Part shown: positions 33,667-34,565 of the stretch, one piece after another
How the letters are laid out: each line of letters starts with the position of its first letter
Numbering within the stretch: the first letter of the stretch is position 1
From: Dehalococcoidia bacterium
Lineage (GTDB): Bacteria; Chloroflexota; Dehalococcoidia; Dehalococcoidales; BS750m-G39
Direction: 5' to 3'
DNA: 34,565 bases
NCBI GenBank assembly: GCA_030616265.1
Contig: JAUWXS010000001.1
Coordinates: forward strand, 1 to 34,565
The notes under the pieces: generated by a model
Database searches by the model: none
What the model saw: only the letters and a program-made list of their open reading frames with translations
What the model was told of the DNA's origin: nothing
Made by a program: the position numbers and the translations under genes

Positions 33667-34086
33667 CTAGCCTTCAGCTTTAAAGGTATCTCCCAGAAAG
33701 GCAAGCACGCGGTCCTCGGAATCCAGTCCAGCGCCCGATTTTTGCGCGCACTGCTCTATAATCTGGTACACCTCGCCGCCGTCAAACCATAGCCCGTCTC
33801 CCCTCGGGCAGACATCGATGAGCACCTCCGGTTCCCTGCCTATATGCGCCTTTTTCATCTTCTTGCCGCAGATAGGACAGTGCCACTTCTTCTCGGCGGT
33901 CTTGACGTCGGGCAGGTCGGCTATTTTAGCCAGGGATAGAGCGCTGCTATCAAGCCCCATCCTCTCCAGCATTAGCTCCAATTCCCCGGAGTCGAACCAG
34001 ACCCCGAAGCATTTAGTGCAGTGGTCCAGCTCAATCTTATCCTGCTCGACTACTATCATGACCTCATGACAGGTGGGGCAGATCAT
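33667..34086 (-). CDS. protein with two TFIIB-type zinc-ribbon (zf-TFIIB-like) modules
   Basis: 139 aa. Module 1 is CPTCHEVMIVVEQDKIELDHCTKCFGVWFDSGELE. Module 2 is CPICGKKMKKAHIGREPEVLIDVCPRGDGLWFDGGEV. Confidence 0.7.
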   Translation of the reverse strand: MICPTCHEVMIVVEQDKIELDHCTKCFGVWFDSGELELMLERMGLDSSALSLAKIADLPDVKTAEKKWHCPICGKKMKKAHIGREPEVLIDVCPRGDGLWFDGGEVYQIIEQCAQKSGAGLDSEDRVLAFLGDTFKAEG

Positions 34087-34299
34087 ACGTCACTCCTTAA
34101 GAGTAATTTTGCCACAATACGCTAGTGTAGACTCAGGCGGTTGCCCTGTCAAGCAAAATAATAGAACCACCCGGCTTAAAAATAGAATGGGCAGCGAGGA
34201 ACTGGGGTGGGGATGGGAGACGCTACCGTACGATAGCTAGAACCTTTAGGCTGGCTTTTAATATAGTTGGTTTTGATTTTGCCAGGTCTTGACAAGTCT

Positions 34300-34565
34300 T
34301 TAGGCAGAGTACAGCGCCTCGGCTAGGGTGTAGTACAACGGAAGCGTACCCGTGGGGCAAAGCGGATAGCACTCCTCACACTGGCGGCACCCGTTAGAAG
34401 CTAACTCTGGTAAAAACACCACCTCTCGCTCCGTGCCTCTGCCGACAAAGCCGATGGCATCCTTCTTTTTCACCTCATTACAGTAACGCACGCATAGTCC
34501 GCAAAGAAGGCAAAAGGTTGGCTCTATTTCAAACTTTGTCTCTGTGGTGCTTATGCCAGGTATTA
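34300..34565 (-). CDS. 4Fe-4S dicluster domain protein, C-terminal part (5' end outside the window)
   Basis: The minus-strand frame stays open past the GTG at 34491 to the window edge. It reads ...EIEPTFCLLCGLCVRYCNEV...NGCRQCEECYPLCPTG, which gives two CxxCxxCxxxC(P) ferredoxin motifs. Confidence 0.6.
   Translation of the reverse strand, partial: IPGISTTETKFEIEPTFCLLCGLCVRYCNEVKKKDAIGFVGRGTEREVVFLPELASNGCRQCEECYPLCPTGTLPLYYTLAEALYSA

Noticed and set aside
34087-34299. A 213-nt non-coding spacer containing TTGACA (34288-34293) and G-rich runs, considered as a possible small RNA.
   Set aside because: It most likely holds the promoter and 5' UTR of the minus-strand zinc-ribbon operon and the 3' end of the Fe-S gene. 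I saw no convincing structure or terminator, and conservation data are needed.
1-34565. A search for tRNA, rRNA, CRISPR arrays, IS elements, integrases and toxin-antitoxin pairs.
   Set aside because: No intergenic region longer than 70 nt (4665-4814, 20288-20497, 24836-24973, 25727-25817, 27827-27912, 34087-34299) shows a tRNA-like T-arm or acceptor pattern, a spaced direct-repeat array or terminal inverted repeats. No ORF shows DDE, tyrosine-recombinase or serine-recombinase motifs that I could recognise.

Overview
This is a high-GC, gene-dense bacterial chromosome segment. Gene content (RACo-type corrinoid activator, tungsten AOR, bacterial NurA/HerA, SufC/SufBD, SecDF) suggests an anaerobic Chloroflexota/Dehalococcoidia-like organism, but that is low-confidence inference. 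No rRNA, tRNA, CRISPR array, transposase or integrase was found by eye. About 1-12.5 kb is housekeeping: trmD (partial), rplS, priA, def, a divergent pair of XRE regulators, the CCA-adding enzyme, secD, secF, a CDF transporter, an HDAC-family deacetylase and sufC/sufBD. The most unusual region is about 12.6-19.6 kb. A NurA-type nuclease gene and a HerA-type ATPase gene lie on the same strand but about 4.3 kb apart. Between them sit a low-GC insert of two tandem cassettes (lipoprotein plus a 25-aa Lys-rich mini-ORF), a LOG-family gene, a free-standing HAS-barrel-like protein resembling the HerA N-terminus, and a compositionally atypical transglutaminase-like gene. About 20.5-31.8 kb is a same-strand anaerobic-metabolism cluster: acyl-CoA ligase, RACo-like activator, pterin-binding methyltransferase, SDR/cupin/SDR/SDR, a swivelling-His PEP-utilizer protein, a MoaD-like protein and AOR. 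The window ends with a minus-strand operon of a double zinc-ribbon protein, LemA and an M48 peptidase, followed by a truncated 4Fe-4S protein gene. All functional calls rest on motif recognition by eye and need HMM or structure confirmation.
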